Assembly: GCA_021613535.1 (NCBI GenBank)
Contig: CP075497.1
Location: forward strand, 1 to 64,000
From: Adineta vaga
Lineage: Eukaryota; Animalia; Rotifera
DNA length: 64,000 nucleotides
Reading direction: 5' to 3'
The translations under genes were made by a program, and so were the position numbers. Below are positions 1-11,007 of this stretch, piece by piece. The first letter of the stretch is position 1. The number at the start of each line of letters is the position of its first letter. The notes under the pieces were generated by a model. It saw only the letters and a program-made list of their open reading frames with translations. It made no database searches and was not told where the DNA came from.

Positions 1-1
1 A

Positions 2-288
2 TGTAAACAGAAAGATTCTATAACCAAAACCTGTCGAGCTCTAACCAAACACATCTATCCCAAGCCAGATATACAACGTAAAATGAAAATTTTGGAAATG
101 TCTGAGCAACACAAAATTGATATTATCGGTAAGACCACTAATTATTTACAATAAGGCAAAGATTTTTTCTTCAATTAGACTTTGCAAGGATCCTCCATCC
201 CAATCAACAGCATATTTCCGATGGTATTCTTCGTAATGCTATTGGAAATGTATTTTCCTCGCGAAAACATAAAAATAAGAAAAACTAA
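2..288 (+). CDS. 3' part of a spliced ORF upstream of and co-oriented with the Athena unit (exons <2-128, 179-288); possibly BEN-like helical domain
   Basis: 50-nt intron GTAAG...TTAG at 129-178 joins open frames: CKQKDSITKTCRALTKHIYPKPDIQRKMKILEMSEQHKIDII-DFARILHPNQQHISDGILRNAIGNVFSSRKHKNKKN*. The BEN-like call is impressionistic. Confidence 0.6.
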
Positions 289-638
289 AAATAACCAATG
301 GTTTTCCTAAAGAATTTCATCTTCTATGTTATTTTTCATTTGAAGATATATATTTTCTTTCATATTACAACTATTCCAAATAAAACACAAGAATAACTTC
401 ATACTTTCACATTGTAAATATTTCCTTCCTAACAATAAGTATCAGTTCATTATTTAGCTATCTTCGCATTTCATACAAACCTAGTTTATTCATAAACAGC
501 TTGGATATCAATTGAAATAATCTAAAACACATTGCAAACTAATTATCAATTTATATATCATATTTCATATAGCATCATATAGTTATGATATCCCTTATAA
601 TTCCAGAATTATACATATAAACATTTAATTCTTGCTAG

Positions 639-1514
639 TTAAATGCACCATCAACGATAATATCACCAATACGTATATCAACACCAGAGATACAGATAAG
701 ATCACCATCAGTCATACCAAAAAATAATAATAATGCAATAACAACAATGTTAGGAAATATTAAAGCATATAATTGTACTATAATTCCAATAGAATGTCGA
801 TATTATTTTAAGCAGATAAGACAAAGATGTACATTTGAGAATATTAGAGATCATCAGAAATTTCTTCACAATCAATATATAAAATTCGAAGATGAAAGTG
901 AGAAAAAATTACATACATCATTTGAAAAGCAGACATGGACACAAGTAGTGAGTTTTGTGAGAAATAATCTTGAAAGAACACTTGAAAATAAAAAGAAACA
1001 TGATGAGAAACGATTAGAAAATCTTCGACTTGATCAAATAAGAGAAGAAGCAACAATTGACATAAAAAAGAGAGCATCAATAACAGAACAAAAATATATA
1101 GAAAATCTACAAGAAAAATATAAAAGAACATTAGATTTGAAATTACAATATGATAAATTAGAAACAAGATTTGTCATTAATATGCCACCACCAACATTAA
1201 ATATTATAGATAGATTAGAATTATATGCAAAAGGAGTCAAATCAGATAATAACGAATTAAAATCAATTCGAGAACGATGGAAAAATACATTACGAAAAAC
1301 AAAATTAGATCTAACTATGTTAATGAGAGAAGCAAAAATAATAGAGATTGAAGAAGCAAAGAGAGAATATAATGAATTATTAGGTAAACTATCGAATCAT
1401 CTTCGAGAATCATACGACACAATCAGTCACGTAACAGAAATGAGACATAGTCAATTTGCGAAAAAGAAAATGAATTTTTTAGCAAAAAGGGCGTGTGCAA
1501 CGAACGAAAACTAG
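639..1514 (+). CDS. Athena coiled-coil ORF preceding the RT
   Basis: Charged helical ORF 747-1514; the frame stays open back to the AG at 637-638, so it is probably spliced onto an upstream exon. Confidence 0.7.
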   Translation, partial: LNAPSTIISPIRISTPEIQIRSPSVIPKNNNNAITTMLGNIKAYNCTIIPIECRYYFKQIRQRCTFENIRDHQKFLHNQYIKFEDESEKKLHTSFEKQTWTQVVSFVRNNLERTLENKKKHDEKRLENLRLDQIREEATIDIKKRASITEQKYIENLQEKYKRTLDLKLQYDKLETRFVINMPPPTLNIIDRLELYAKGVKSDNNELKSIRERWKNTLRKTKLDLTMLMREAKIIEIEEAKREYNELLGKLSNHLRESYDTISHVTEMRHSQFAKKKMNFLAKRACATNEN

Positions 1515-1524
1515 TGCACGCTCT
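1475..1524 (+). promoter_or_regulatory. Programmed -1 ribosomal frameshift signal
   Basis: In-frame heptamer T TTT TTA (1475-1481), 6-nt spacer, 11-bp stem AGGGCGTGTGC/GTGCACGCTCT (three G-U pairs); the -1 frame is open into the RT N-terminus. Confidence 0.85.
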
Positions 1525-3369
1525 TACACATAATCATGCAGGTTATACTAGATCACGATTACATCCACATTATACTAAAATTAGTTTTCCACCACAGGCA
1601 AATAATAAAGCATTAATAATGAATGAAACAGAGAATAGAATACTCAATTTAGGACCAAAATTTGTTCCACCAGCGCCACAACAAGTATTAGAACGTCTAC
1701 CAAAAGAGATAGATCAGATGAAAGAGAAAGTAGGTGCAGCATGGAGAAAAGCAACAAAAACTATAGGACGAGAACCACCTCTAGTAAACAGATTTTGTCA
1801 ACGAATAGAAGAAGAAATAAAAAAGACTAACAACAGAAACATCAAAAGAATCAACGTTAGATTCAACTATGAAATATTTTCAAAAAGTACAAAAACAAAA
1901 GAAAATTCTTTTTCGACAAACAGATAAATCAAAAGTTTTCCATACAGATACTTGCGAAAATCATATAAAGAAATCAGCAGAATATATGAGTAAAACAAAT
2001 GCATATATTGAGATAGCAACATCACCATTAAAAGAGATGATAGAAAAAACAGATACATTCTTACGTAATCTAGTCTCAAGAAAACAAATGCCACAAGCAT
2101 TAATGGAGAAATTACGACCATCGATGACAGAATCAGAATTACCCCATCTATATTACAACCCTAAAGATCATAAAATAGGAGAACCACTTCGACCAATAGT
2201 CAGTGGAATGAAATCACCATTAGCAAAAATAGCGAGTTTTCTCGATAAAAATATACGACCACTCTTTGATAGACATACTCCATATGCAATAGCGAATTCT
2301 CTTATATTACTAAAACATCTGAAAAATTATAAAACATCAGAAGAAACAAAAATATATACATTCGATATAACAGATTTATATACGATGATACCGCAGAGAG
2401 AAGCAGTATTAGCTATATGCGAATTCTTAGGTAGATATGGATATAGAAAAGTAGCTAATCTGTCTATTAACACAATAAAAGAACTATTTTTATATGTATT
2501 AGAAAATTCATATTTTGTTCTTCAATTACCAGGAGAAATAGCTAAATACTATAGACAAATTAGAGGAGGAGCTATGGGATCAGCTTGTACACAGGTATTA
2601 GCTGATATTTATGTTAGAAAATGGGAGAATAGATTAGTTCAAGAACAACAGAAACAACAAGAATTATATTTTCGATTTCGAGATGATGTTTTTCGTACAA
2701 CAAAATTATCGAAAGAACAAATAGAGACTATTTTTGATGACTTAAATAAATCAGATTCGAATTTAAAAATACAATGGGAAGGAGGAAAATCAGTTGACTA
2801 TCTTGATATTTCAGTAAAAATTGAGAATCCAAATTTTAGAACAACAGTATATAGAAAATTAGCAGCACAACCATATGTTTTACCATATCATTCAGCACAT
2901 CCACAACATATTAAGAGAAACATTCCCTACACAGCAGCACTAAGAGCAACAAGAATTTGTTCACATGCAAATGATCTTCGAGAAGAATTAGAAAAAATAA
3001 GAGTGACTTTATTACTGAATAAATATCCACCAAAATTCATAGATCAACACATACAGAGATTTTTCAACGACTTAACAGGACAAAAAACATCAGATATATT
3101 ATTAGGTACAGAACATCAGACATTTCGAGATAAAGTATTAGATGAACAGTGGAATAAAAGAGAAACAAGAAAAATAGATTTTAGAAATGATATACTTTGT
3201 CATTTTTCATACACACCAGCACTAGCTAGATTCGGTAAATTTCCATGAAATATGGAAAGAGATATTCGAAGGAACACCATTAGATGATGCGCATGTAATA
3301 TATGCGAATCGAACAACAGACAATTTGAAACAAATACTAGTAAAAAAGAGACCGAATAAACGAATTTGA
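1478..3369 (+). pseudogene. Penelope-like (Athena) reverse transcriptase with two further frameshifts (~1828, ~3238)
   Basis: NLGPKFVP N-terminal PLE motif, PKDHK..PLRPIVS, FDITDLYT (A), GGAMGS (B), FRFRDDVF (C), YLDISV, thumb YHSAHP; the C-terminus NLKQILVKKRP appears in a shifted frame after 3240. Confidence 0.9.
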
Positions 3370-3501
3370 GATTAGAATAAAAATAAAAAATAAAAATAAA
3401 AATTACTAACAAAAACTAACAAAAAACATCTTTTATATATATATATATATAAAACTCTCTTCTACTCTTCTTTCAATATTTATTATGTTTTTCATTTCCT
3501 C

Positions 3502-3800
3502 AATCTCTCTTTTATATGTAAAAATTAATTTCTCTCTTCTAACTCCCAACATATGTAATAAATCTTTACTCTTTTTCGAAATGTAGAAATGAAAAATCAT
3601 CTCTTTTCCCTTCTAAAAATCTCTCTTTTATATATGAAAAATCATTTCTTTCTCCTGATTCCCAACTAATGTAATGAATCTTCAATTTTTTTTAAAAATT
3701 GTAAAAATGAAAAATCATCTCTTTTCTCCTCAAAAATCTCTCTTTCATATATGTAAAAATCATTTCTCTCTCCCAACTCCCAACAGATGTAAAATCTCTC
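3502..3800 (+). repeat. ~116-bp tandem repeat, about 2.5 copies, in the Athena 3' region
   Basis: Units starting AATCTCTCTTT...TATG(T)AAAAAT...CCCAAC at ~3502, ~3618 and ~3734; degenerate CATTAAAA repeats follow at ~3900-4130. Confidence 0.7.
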
Positions 3801-4552
3801 TCTAACTAATTCCATTATTTGTAAAATCTCTCCCTATTCTCAAAAACACACATTTTATTTTCAATCGCCAATAACCAACACCTAAAAAGAAACATTTCAA
3901 ACACATTAAAAATGATAAAAATCAAAATTAAAAAAGAAAAAATAAATTGAAAACCACATTAAAAACCTCACTAAAACTCATTAAACTACATTATAATACA
4001 TTAAAATGCATTAAAAATTCACAAAATCCATCAAAATGCAAAAAACATTCATTAAACAACGTTAATACCTATTAACCTACATTAATACTCCTCAAAATGC
4101 ATTAAAATTCGTTAAAATCCATTAAAATGAAAATACAAAGAAATAACCAAAAAGAAAAATACAATGTTACACATATAATAATCGCTTGATAAAGATAATC
4201 ATTCAAAAGGCCTCGCGTTATAAAAGTTTATTTCCTCTCCTCAATTCTTCCATATATTAAATTATTTATTTATTTATTTCCTTACTTATTTTTTTCTTTC
4301 TTGTTAATAATTATTTATTTTTGTTCATATTTTGTCTCTTTTTTTCTTTATAAAAAATAAAATTATATAAAAAAAATTATTTTTTTGTTGACTTGTTTTG
4401 TTTAAAGAAACTCCTTCTCTCTAAGTATTATAAACAAAGTTTTTATGAGAATTATTTTGTACTGAAACAAATTAGACAAATATCATTGAACATTCTTATC
4501 TAATCCGAAAAGATTTTATAATATAGTTTTATTAAAATATTTTGTATTATAT

Positions 4553-4897
4553 TTAAGCATAACATGCCGTAGAAGTATTTATATTATCAGTCCATTTACA
4601 ACGATATCCTATGCAACATCCTGTACCAGCTAAAATAATTCCAGCTTTACAACCTTTAGTTCCTATTTTTCCACAACATCCACTATATTGACATGATGCT
4701 GATGAACAACAATCATCTTTAGTTTTACATGTATCACCTAATTTTGCACATAATTTCACACTTTCATATGGAAGTTGAGGAATAAATGGTTCATGAGTAA
4801 TAAGAATTTCAGGATCATAATCTATTATTCTTGAGAAAATTCCATTTTCGATAATAATAAATACAAATAAAATACCAATCAAACCTTTCTTCATCAT
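4553..4897 (-). CDS. Secreted 12-Cys peptide with two tandem inhibitor-cystine-knot-like motifs
   Basis: Hydrophobic N-terminus, spacer, then C-x6-C-x5-CC-x4-C-x4-C immediately followed by C-x7-C-x10-CC-x4-C-x11-C. Confidence 0.75.
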   Translation of the reverse strand: MMKKGLIGILFVFIIIENGIFSRIIDYDPEILITHEPFIPQLPYESVKLCAKLGDTCKTKDDCCSSASCQYSGCCGKIGTKGCKAGIILAGTGCCIGYRCKWTDNINTSTACYA

Positions 4898-5515
4898 TTC
4901 TTAATTTCTAATAACGAGTTTAAACAATAATAACTATCGAATATATATGTATATAAATAAAGAAAAACAAACCTAATGACGATATATAATTAAACGTCAT
5001 ATCGATTTTAATTCATCTATATGACGTACATTGGTTTTTTATCCTTGAATAAAATAATACGTAAAAGAAATAGATTCAATGTATTATTTCGATACAATAT
5101 ATGACTCACTATTAAGGACATTTTCAGTTTCATACGAATTGAATTACATTTGCACTTAATCAAAATCTTATTTATAATATTATTCAGTTTTATATAATAG
5201 AAAATATTATTTCGATTCGGAACTTACGAGAGAACCTCACCAACTGATGCCCTCCATTTAAGCTCATATTTTGCTCATAGAAAGGGTTCACAGTGTATAT
5301 GGGAACCCTAAATGGATTCGTCCCCATAATTTGTTTTTGACAAGATATAGCATTTCTAGTCCATTTTCTAGGGTAAATCAAATCTTTAAATTTGTGTCTA
5401 AAACTTTGCTCACATAAAGCTCTCCACTAGACTAACACTTATCCATTCAACTAATAATTCTGATATTATATTTGATTTATTATTATAAAAGAATCACTTT
5501 TGCTAAAAAATTGAA

Positions 5516-6375
5516 TCAGAAAACTTGTTGCAGAATAAAAATCATGTTCATAAAAATAATTTGATAAAAGGATGATATCATCATCGATTGACCACTTGGA
5601 TATGGAGCTAAGAATTTGTCAAAATCCAATTCAATAGTACTTTTTTCACGAATTAAATCTCCAGTTTTTGATGTAGTACAATTATCTGATCCACATAGAA
5701 TCTCTATTTGTTCAGAACGTGTTTGATTAGTTATGTTTAATACAACTATACGTTCAACAAATGTTGGTGACGTGTAACCTTGTCTTTGACACGTTGCGCA
5801 TATTTTGCTTGATGTTTCGTCGTAAAAATATTCCGCTGTACATTGTGTACATTCATGTAGTTTATCTGGAGGAGTTTGATAACAAGACTCATCAGTTTGA
5901 TTTGAAAAAAATAAACATAAACGACCATCATAAGTACCACTTGCAGGTAATATCTTTTTAAAATAATCAAATTCATCTTTTATTGTTAAGGATTCTAATA
6001 AACGTTGGAGTACGCTCACATTATTACATCTATCGGTTGAACAAAGATATTCAAATGAATATTCTACTCGTTGATTCGATCCACTTCCATAATCACGCGC
6101 AATAGCAGTAACAGAAAGTAAATGTGCTGATATTAATGATTCATTTGTAGTTTTATAACGATTCAGTTCAATACGGGTTTCATTTCGATCCAAGTACCAT
6201 ATTACTTTAATCTGACACAATGGATTTGCAGCTGCGGTCTGACAAGAATTGAATTCCGATGGAATATTGTCAGTCGTAATTGTATAATTGTATGTCACGT
6301 ATTAGACGTACAACAAGATATTTCACATGATACTTTATTAAATACCATGAATATAACAAATAAATGAAATAACAT
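5516..6375 (-). CDS. Cys-rich secreted/GPI-anchored protein, two Ly6/uPAR-like modules (frameshift near 6300)
   Basis: Signal-peptide-like MLFHLFVYSWYLIKVSC from ATG 6375 is out of frame with ORF 6298-5516; CSTDRCN and CGSDNCT module ends; hydrophobic C-tail. Confidence 0.55.
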
Positions 6376-7092
6376 AGTTGATTTAACGAGTTTATCTTGT
6401 AAATGTTTTATTTTATCTGAATAAAAGCATGTAAATATATACGGAGAGAAAGTAGTATACAAAATAATGCGTCAGATGTGACGAAACATGTTGAGATAAC
6501 ATTAGTCAGATTTGTTTTGTGTTGTGGATAAGTTTGTTGTGGCAACCGATGACGTGTACAACATAGAAGGATGGATATAGAACTAAAAAGATGAAAGAGT
6601 TTAAACCGGTCAGGTAGATGTTTAAAAAATATTCAAAATTACCAAAGAATTCGTGCATACACGCCTTTATTCTCAAGATATTGAATTTCCAAGATGTATA
6701 AAGCGAAAAATGGGTGAGTGGATGGACACTGCATAACCTATTTTTCAGACGTATTTTTTTCATCAACTTTCTGGTTTTGGAAGACAAACGAAGAACGATT
6801 AATCGAACGGCATTTGGCAAAGATTTGATCCGTTTTGATTAAAATCAAGTTATTATTCATACAAGTCACCTCGAAATATTGAAAACGTTTTCAGATATTC
6901 CACTTATTGTTTATGAATGTAATGATAAAATTCACCTTGATGAAAATTCAGGTCAAATAAAAATGGAATAAATTTTCCTCTGTATTTTTTCTTTTCAAGT
7001 TAGTAATTCAATGACAAAAAGATCTTTATTAATATCACATTTTTCCAACTTTGCAAATACTAATAATGTTAAATGATAAAATGCAGTTTTTA

Positions 7093-7383
7093 AGCCGGAG
7101 ATGGCGTAGTGGATCTATGCATCTGAAAGTTCAGAGATCAGAAGGTCCGATTCCTTCCTCTGACACAAGAAGGTGTCAAGAGTTTATTATATACGGTATC
7201 AGAAGAGAAGGTGACCAATCACATTATTAAAAATATACACAACGATTACGTCATTGTTTTCTTATATTGTTTGTGATTCTTGCGTTCTTTCTTCTCTTCC
7301 TCTCATTCTTCTCTATTGTTTTATCTTACTCTAAACCTGTACTGCTAGGACCTTGATGGTTATCAGTTTATCTGCGAATTTAA
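7093..7383 (+). mobile_element. tRNA-headed SINE-like insertion with 15-bp target-site duplication
   Basis: Direct repeat AAAATGCAGTTTTTA at 7078-7092 and 7384-7398; the head has an A-box TGGCGTAGTGG and a B-box-like GGTCCGATTCC. Confidence 0.65.
7094..7165 (+). pseudogene. tRNA-derived cloverleaf with collapsed 4-nt anticodon loop
   Basis: Acceptor GCCGGAG/CTCTGAC (one mismatch), D stem GCGT/ATGC, anticodon stem TCTGA/TCAGA around AAGT, T stem GAAGG/CCTTC around TCCGATT. Confidence 0.6.
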
Positions 7384-7555
7384 AAAATGCAGTTTTTATA
7401 AGAATAACAAGTAAAATAACTGATTAGTCTGTATATAATTAGAAAAATCATACTTCTTTTCTAAATTACTATCATTACTTTTCATTATTTATTCTTAGGA
7501 TTATAAAACATCAGGAGCAAACGAAATGGTGTTTATATTTTTTCTTTGTAATTTT

Positions 7556-7955
7556 GAGGTATCAGACAGTTCCATTTCATTTCAAGAAAATGAACTGGTC
7601 TATAGTAGTTCAATTCATTTGGAAGTGTTGACCAGCTATAAAAAAGAAATCCAGAGCCGCTGTATCAGGCACGTAGCCAGGAGTTTTTTTCGGGGGAGGG
7701 GGGAGCAAACTCAAAAAACAATGCATATAACAAAGAAAAACGTTTGTATAGGCTAGTATTAAAAGGGAAAAACCTTTTGCTATGGGGGATCGATTCTCTT
7801 GCCCCCTCCCTAAATACGTCCTTGCGCTGTATTTGACCAGTTCAAAATGTGAACTGAACCACCTGAACAGTTCATTTGAATGAACGAAAACTGTTCGATC
7901 ACAGTTTATCGATTCAGTTCTCACGAACTAGTAAACTTGACTTGTCACATACCTA
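7556..7955. mobile_element. hAT-type MITE (outer element)
   Basis: 8-bp TSD GTAATTTT (7548-7555, 7956-7963); imperfect TIR GAGGTATCAGACA/TTGTCACATACCTA; many GAACT/AGTTC subterminal repeats. Confidence 0.8.
7666..7824. mobile_element. hAT-type MITE nested in the 7556-7955 element
   Basis: 8-bp TSD CGCTGTAT (7658-7665, 7825-7832); ends CAGGCACGTA/TACGTCCTTG with internal G and C tracts. Confidence 0.8.
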
Positions 7956-8087
7956 GTAATTTTGTGTGTTAAATATTTATGATGTAAAATAGATATTTTA
8001 ATATGTAGCCATGGAAAAGAAAGAAAAATGATTCTAGATTTTTCTTTTTACTTATCGATAAAATGTATGAATCAAGAGGGAACAAAC

Positions 8088-8220
8088 TAGGGGTACACAA
8101 ACTCAAGGTCACGAATCGACTCAAATGAACTTTGGAACTGCTCATGCGTTCCTTACGAACGAACTGAACTGTTTGAAAGTGAGCGGTTTTGAGCTTGAAC
8201 TGAACTTTATAGACTCATAG
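8088..8220. mobile_element. Partial MITE-like fragment with GAACT repeats
   Basis: TAGGGGTACACAA start and GAACT repeats like the neighbouring MITE; no second terminus seen. Confidence 0.35.
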
Positions 8221-8249
8221 AACAAACTGATTTCCAGCCAAAAATCAAG

Positions 8250-8600
8250 AAATCAGTTTATTTCTCCTTGGACAAAGTGGAACAATCATCGCATAATGAA
8301 ATGGAGAAAAGATGTAAAAGAAAGAAAAATTGTAGTTGGAGGAAATAATCTTAATCAATTGTTTTCTCCTGAAGGATTAATTACTGATTCTTTGAATAAT
8401 CGAATAATACGTTGGAAGGCAGGACAGAAAGAAGATAAAATTGTTGATGATAATATTATATATATATAAAGAACAAAAAATGATTTGAATTGTCCCATTG
8501 ATTTATTATTTGACTTAGAAATGAATCTTTATGTTGCTGATCAAGGGAATCATCAAATTCAAAAGTTTAAACCAATTTATGGCCTCAAAAACATTAACTT
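8250..8600 (+). pseudogene. NHL-repeat (beta-propeller) gene fragment
   Basis: WNNHRIMKW...IVVGGN..NQLFSPEGL..NNRIIRW and LNCPIDLLFDLEMNLYVADQGNHQIQKF, with deletions and a stop. Confidence 0.8.
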
Positions 8601-9361
8601 TTAATTTTTTCGTTTTCTTTTTCAAATAAAAGCATATTTGTATGTTAAAGAAAATTTAATTTGAGAATCAATCCGTAGAAAAATGTTTTCTCATTTCGAA
8701 CATAGATTGAATGAAATTTGTATTTCTTTATTAAACTATTGATTAATTTTTATCATCAATTATCTTAAAACTATTTGATGAAAAACTCATTATTAAAAAT
8801 CCAACTAAATAACAAACGAATTATTTACTGATCATTTTTTAACAAGAAAAACCAAAATAAAATTTTTCACAATGAAGAATTATTTTTAAGTTGATTTCTG
8901 AAAACGTCTTTAATTTGATTGAAAATTAGTTTTCACAAATTTTCATTGAATTATTGATTTACCAACATGATGCTTTTTCTGAAAAAAAGAAAGTATTGTT
9001 AACTATTAATACATGAAAATAATCGATATTTTGTATATGTGGACATAATGGGTGAGTTGATCAAGACACTACGCAATTTCACACCCTCATTTGTCATAAG
9101 AGTGACAGTTGTTTTTATGAATTCAATAGCATAAGATTGTTCAGCATAATCTGATTTCCTCAAAAGAATATACACATGTATGACAAAAGAACAACATTAG
9201 ATTTTTTATTATAATTCAATCGGCTTCTTTATTGTATTTCTTTGTTAAAATAAGATCATATGAAATAATTGCATATTGTTTATTAGTTATTCTTTTAATA
9301 GTTATGTGAATCAATACTGAAAAACAATTATGTTTGAATTTTAAGCTAAGAAATCTGTTGA

Positions 9362-10132
9362 TCAAAGTTCATTCTGTTGATATTTAATATGATTCCACGA
9401 TAGATAATTAGTGCTAAAAAGTAGGATGGTTACGAAGATGATAAACACAGCACCACAAATAGCAAGGAACCATAAAATACCATATCCTAAGTTTTGCAAA
9501 GGAGTTCTTGTAGATGCTTCCATTTCTCCATTCATTCTTGCTTCCCAAATCAAATGTCTATAAGTAGAATGTGTGATATTGATAATATCCTCATCTTCAC
9601 CATCAAACGCGCCAGCAAACCTCACGGAACTAACTGGTTTGAGCAATGTTTCATATCGATCAGAACATAATCTTTCAACTAGACGAAAAACCACTTCTTG
9701 ATGATCGTTTCCGCAATCAAGAGCAATCGCACCTACAATAGCTTCGAAACAACTCGCGTAGACTTTTACACTGAGTATTTGACGTCCATTACCGCGTATC
9801 ATATATTCATTCAGATGCAATTTTTCTTGTGCAATTTCAGCTAAAACAGCATTTGGAACAATTGTTTGAGTACCTTTGTGTAACAAATCAGAACTTGTAA
9901 TCACTTCTTCACGTCCATTCAGGATTAAATACCTAGCAACAGCATATTTAAGTGCAGAATCACCAAGAAATGCTAGTGCAGAATAATCATGAGTATGAGC
10001 CATTGGATGTCTTTCATATATGGCTGATTGATGAGTCAAAGCTTGTCGAAGTAAATCTTTATTTTTGAACTCATATTGAAGTTCTTTTTCGAGGTCAATC
10101 AATGGTTTCACTTCTATATAATTTGTCGCCAT
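9362..10132 (-). CDS. RNase III catalytic-domain protein with C-terminal transmembrane helix and no dsRBD
   Basis: YEFKNKDLLRQALTHQS, LAFLGDSAL, VPNAVLAEIA, CFEAIVGAIALD; hydrophobic GILWFLAICGAVFIIFVTILLF near the C-terminus. Confidence 0.85.
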   Translation of the reverse strand: MATNYIEVKPLIDLEKELQYEFKNKDLLRQALTHQSAIYERHPMAHTHDYSALAFLGDSALKYAVARYLILNGREEVITSSDLLHKGTQTIVPNAVLAEIAQEKLHLNEYMIRGNGRQILSVKVYASCFEAIVGAIALDCGNDHQEVVFRLVERLCSDRYETLLKPVSSVRFAGAFDGEDEDIINITHSTYRHLIWEARMNGEMEASTRTPLQNLGYGILWFLAICGAVFIIFVTILLFSTNYLSWNHIKYQQNEL

Positions 10133-10585
10133 TTTCTCTAAATATCCTGTTTTTAATTCCAATCTAAAAATCGGAAAAGAAACTTTAAATTCGTTGAAAT
10201 TATTATATAATCAAAGTTATTTTTACTGTAACAATGACTAATAAAATCAACAAATGTTGTATAAATCTAAATATAATTACTTTGTCAATAAACATATTCA
10301 TTGAATAGTCTGTATTATCGAAATTAATAAGCAATTTATTATGACTAAGTTAATGACACAACTTAATTAGTTATTGCTTTTATAACAAGACTAATTCAAA
10401 TAATATCAAATTGTCAAGAAGAATGATAAATGATAAATGTTTATATTCTTTCGATTATTTGACTAAATTAATAATTCTCATCAATTGTCTAATGTACCTA
10501 AATCAAACAATGCTTGTCGAAAATCATTTAAACTGTTGGCCACGGTTTTAGTTTTTTAGATCCTGAAATACATATGTATTTATTC

Positions 10586-10770
10586 TTAAAAGTTTTGTAA
10601 AGTATGAAAATCTTTAAAACAATCACTAAGACATAAACCTAGATCACACACAGTACATTGGTAACGTGAGAGCATGTCTTTCTTTTCGGACGTTTCACAG
10701 TATAGAACATATATGCACTGATGTATGACACTAGAAAGAATGAAGATATGGATGATACATATATACATAT
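10586..10770 (-). mobile_element. piggyBac transposase C-terminal cysteine-rich domain remnant
   Basis: SRYQCTVCDLGLCLSDCFKDFHT matches the piggyBac C-terminal CxxC..LC...CF..(Y/F)HT pattern; the rest is decayed. Confidence 0.7.
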
Positions 10771-11007
10771 GTGTGACCTCATGTCACGGATTATGGCACG
10801 GAAAATGAAAAATTCTATCAGGTAACGTAAGAAAACATTATCAAAGAGATAGAAAGGAAACCACATAGAAAATTTCAGAATGCATTCGAAGACTACACTA
10901 AAGTCAGCCGTAGGAACGCATCATGACATGAGTATCATGGCACTAAACCAGTTACAATATGACTAAGTATGCACTCAAGACCAGTCCGACTGGGTCATCC
11001 AGTCGGA

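Larger units (their letters stand above)
639..4200 (+). mobile_element. Athena/Terminon-type endonuclease-deficient Penelope-like retroelement (boundaries approximate)
   Basis: Coiled-coil ORF, -1 frameshift, then PLE-type RT with no GIY-YIG after the thumb; A/C-rich, G-poor repetitive 3' region. Confidence 0.85.

Noticed and set aside
1820-1870. Second programmed frameshift within the RT
   Set aside because: No convincing slippery site plus stem; better explained by a 1-bp deletion or sequence error.
844-3412. Hydrophobic minus-strand ORFs (844-1167, 1034-1240, 1867-2121, 3200-3412)
   Set aside because: Antisense shadows of the A-rich Athena ORFs.
3502-4130. Possible CRISPR-like array
   Set aside because: Degenerate tandem units without unique spacers, eukaryotic context and no cas genes.
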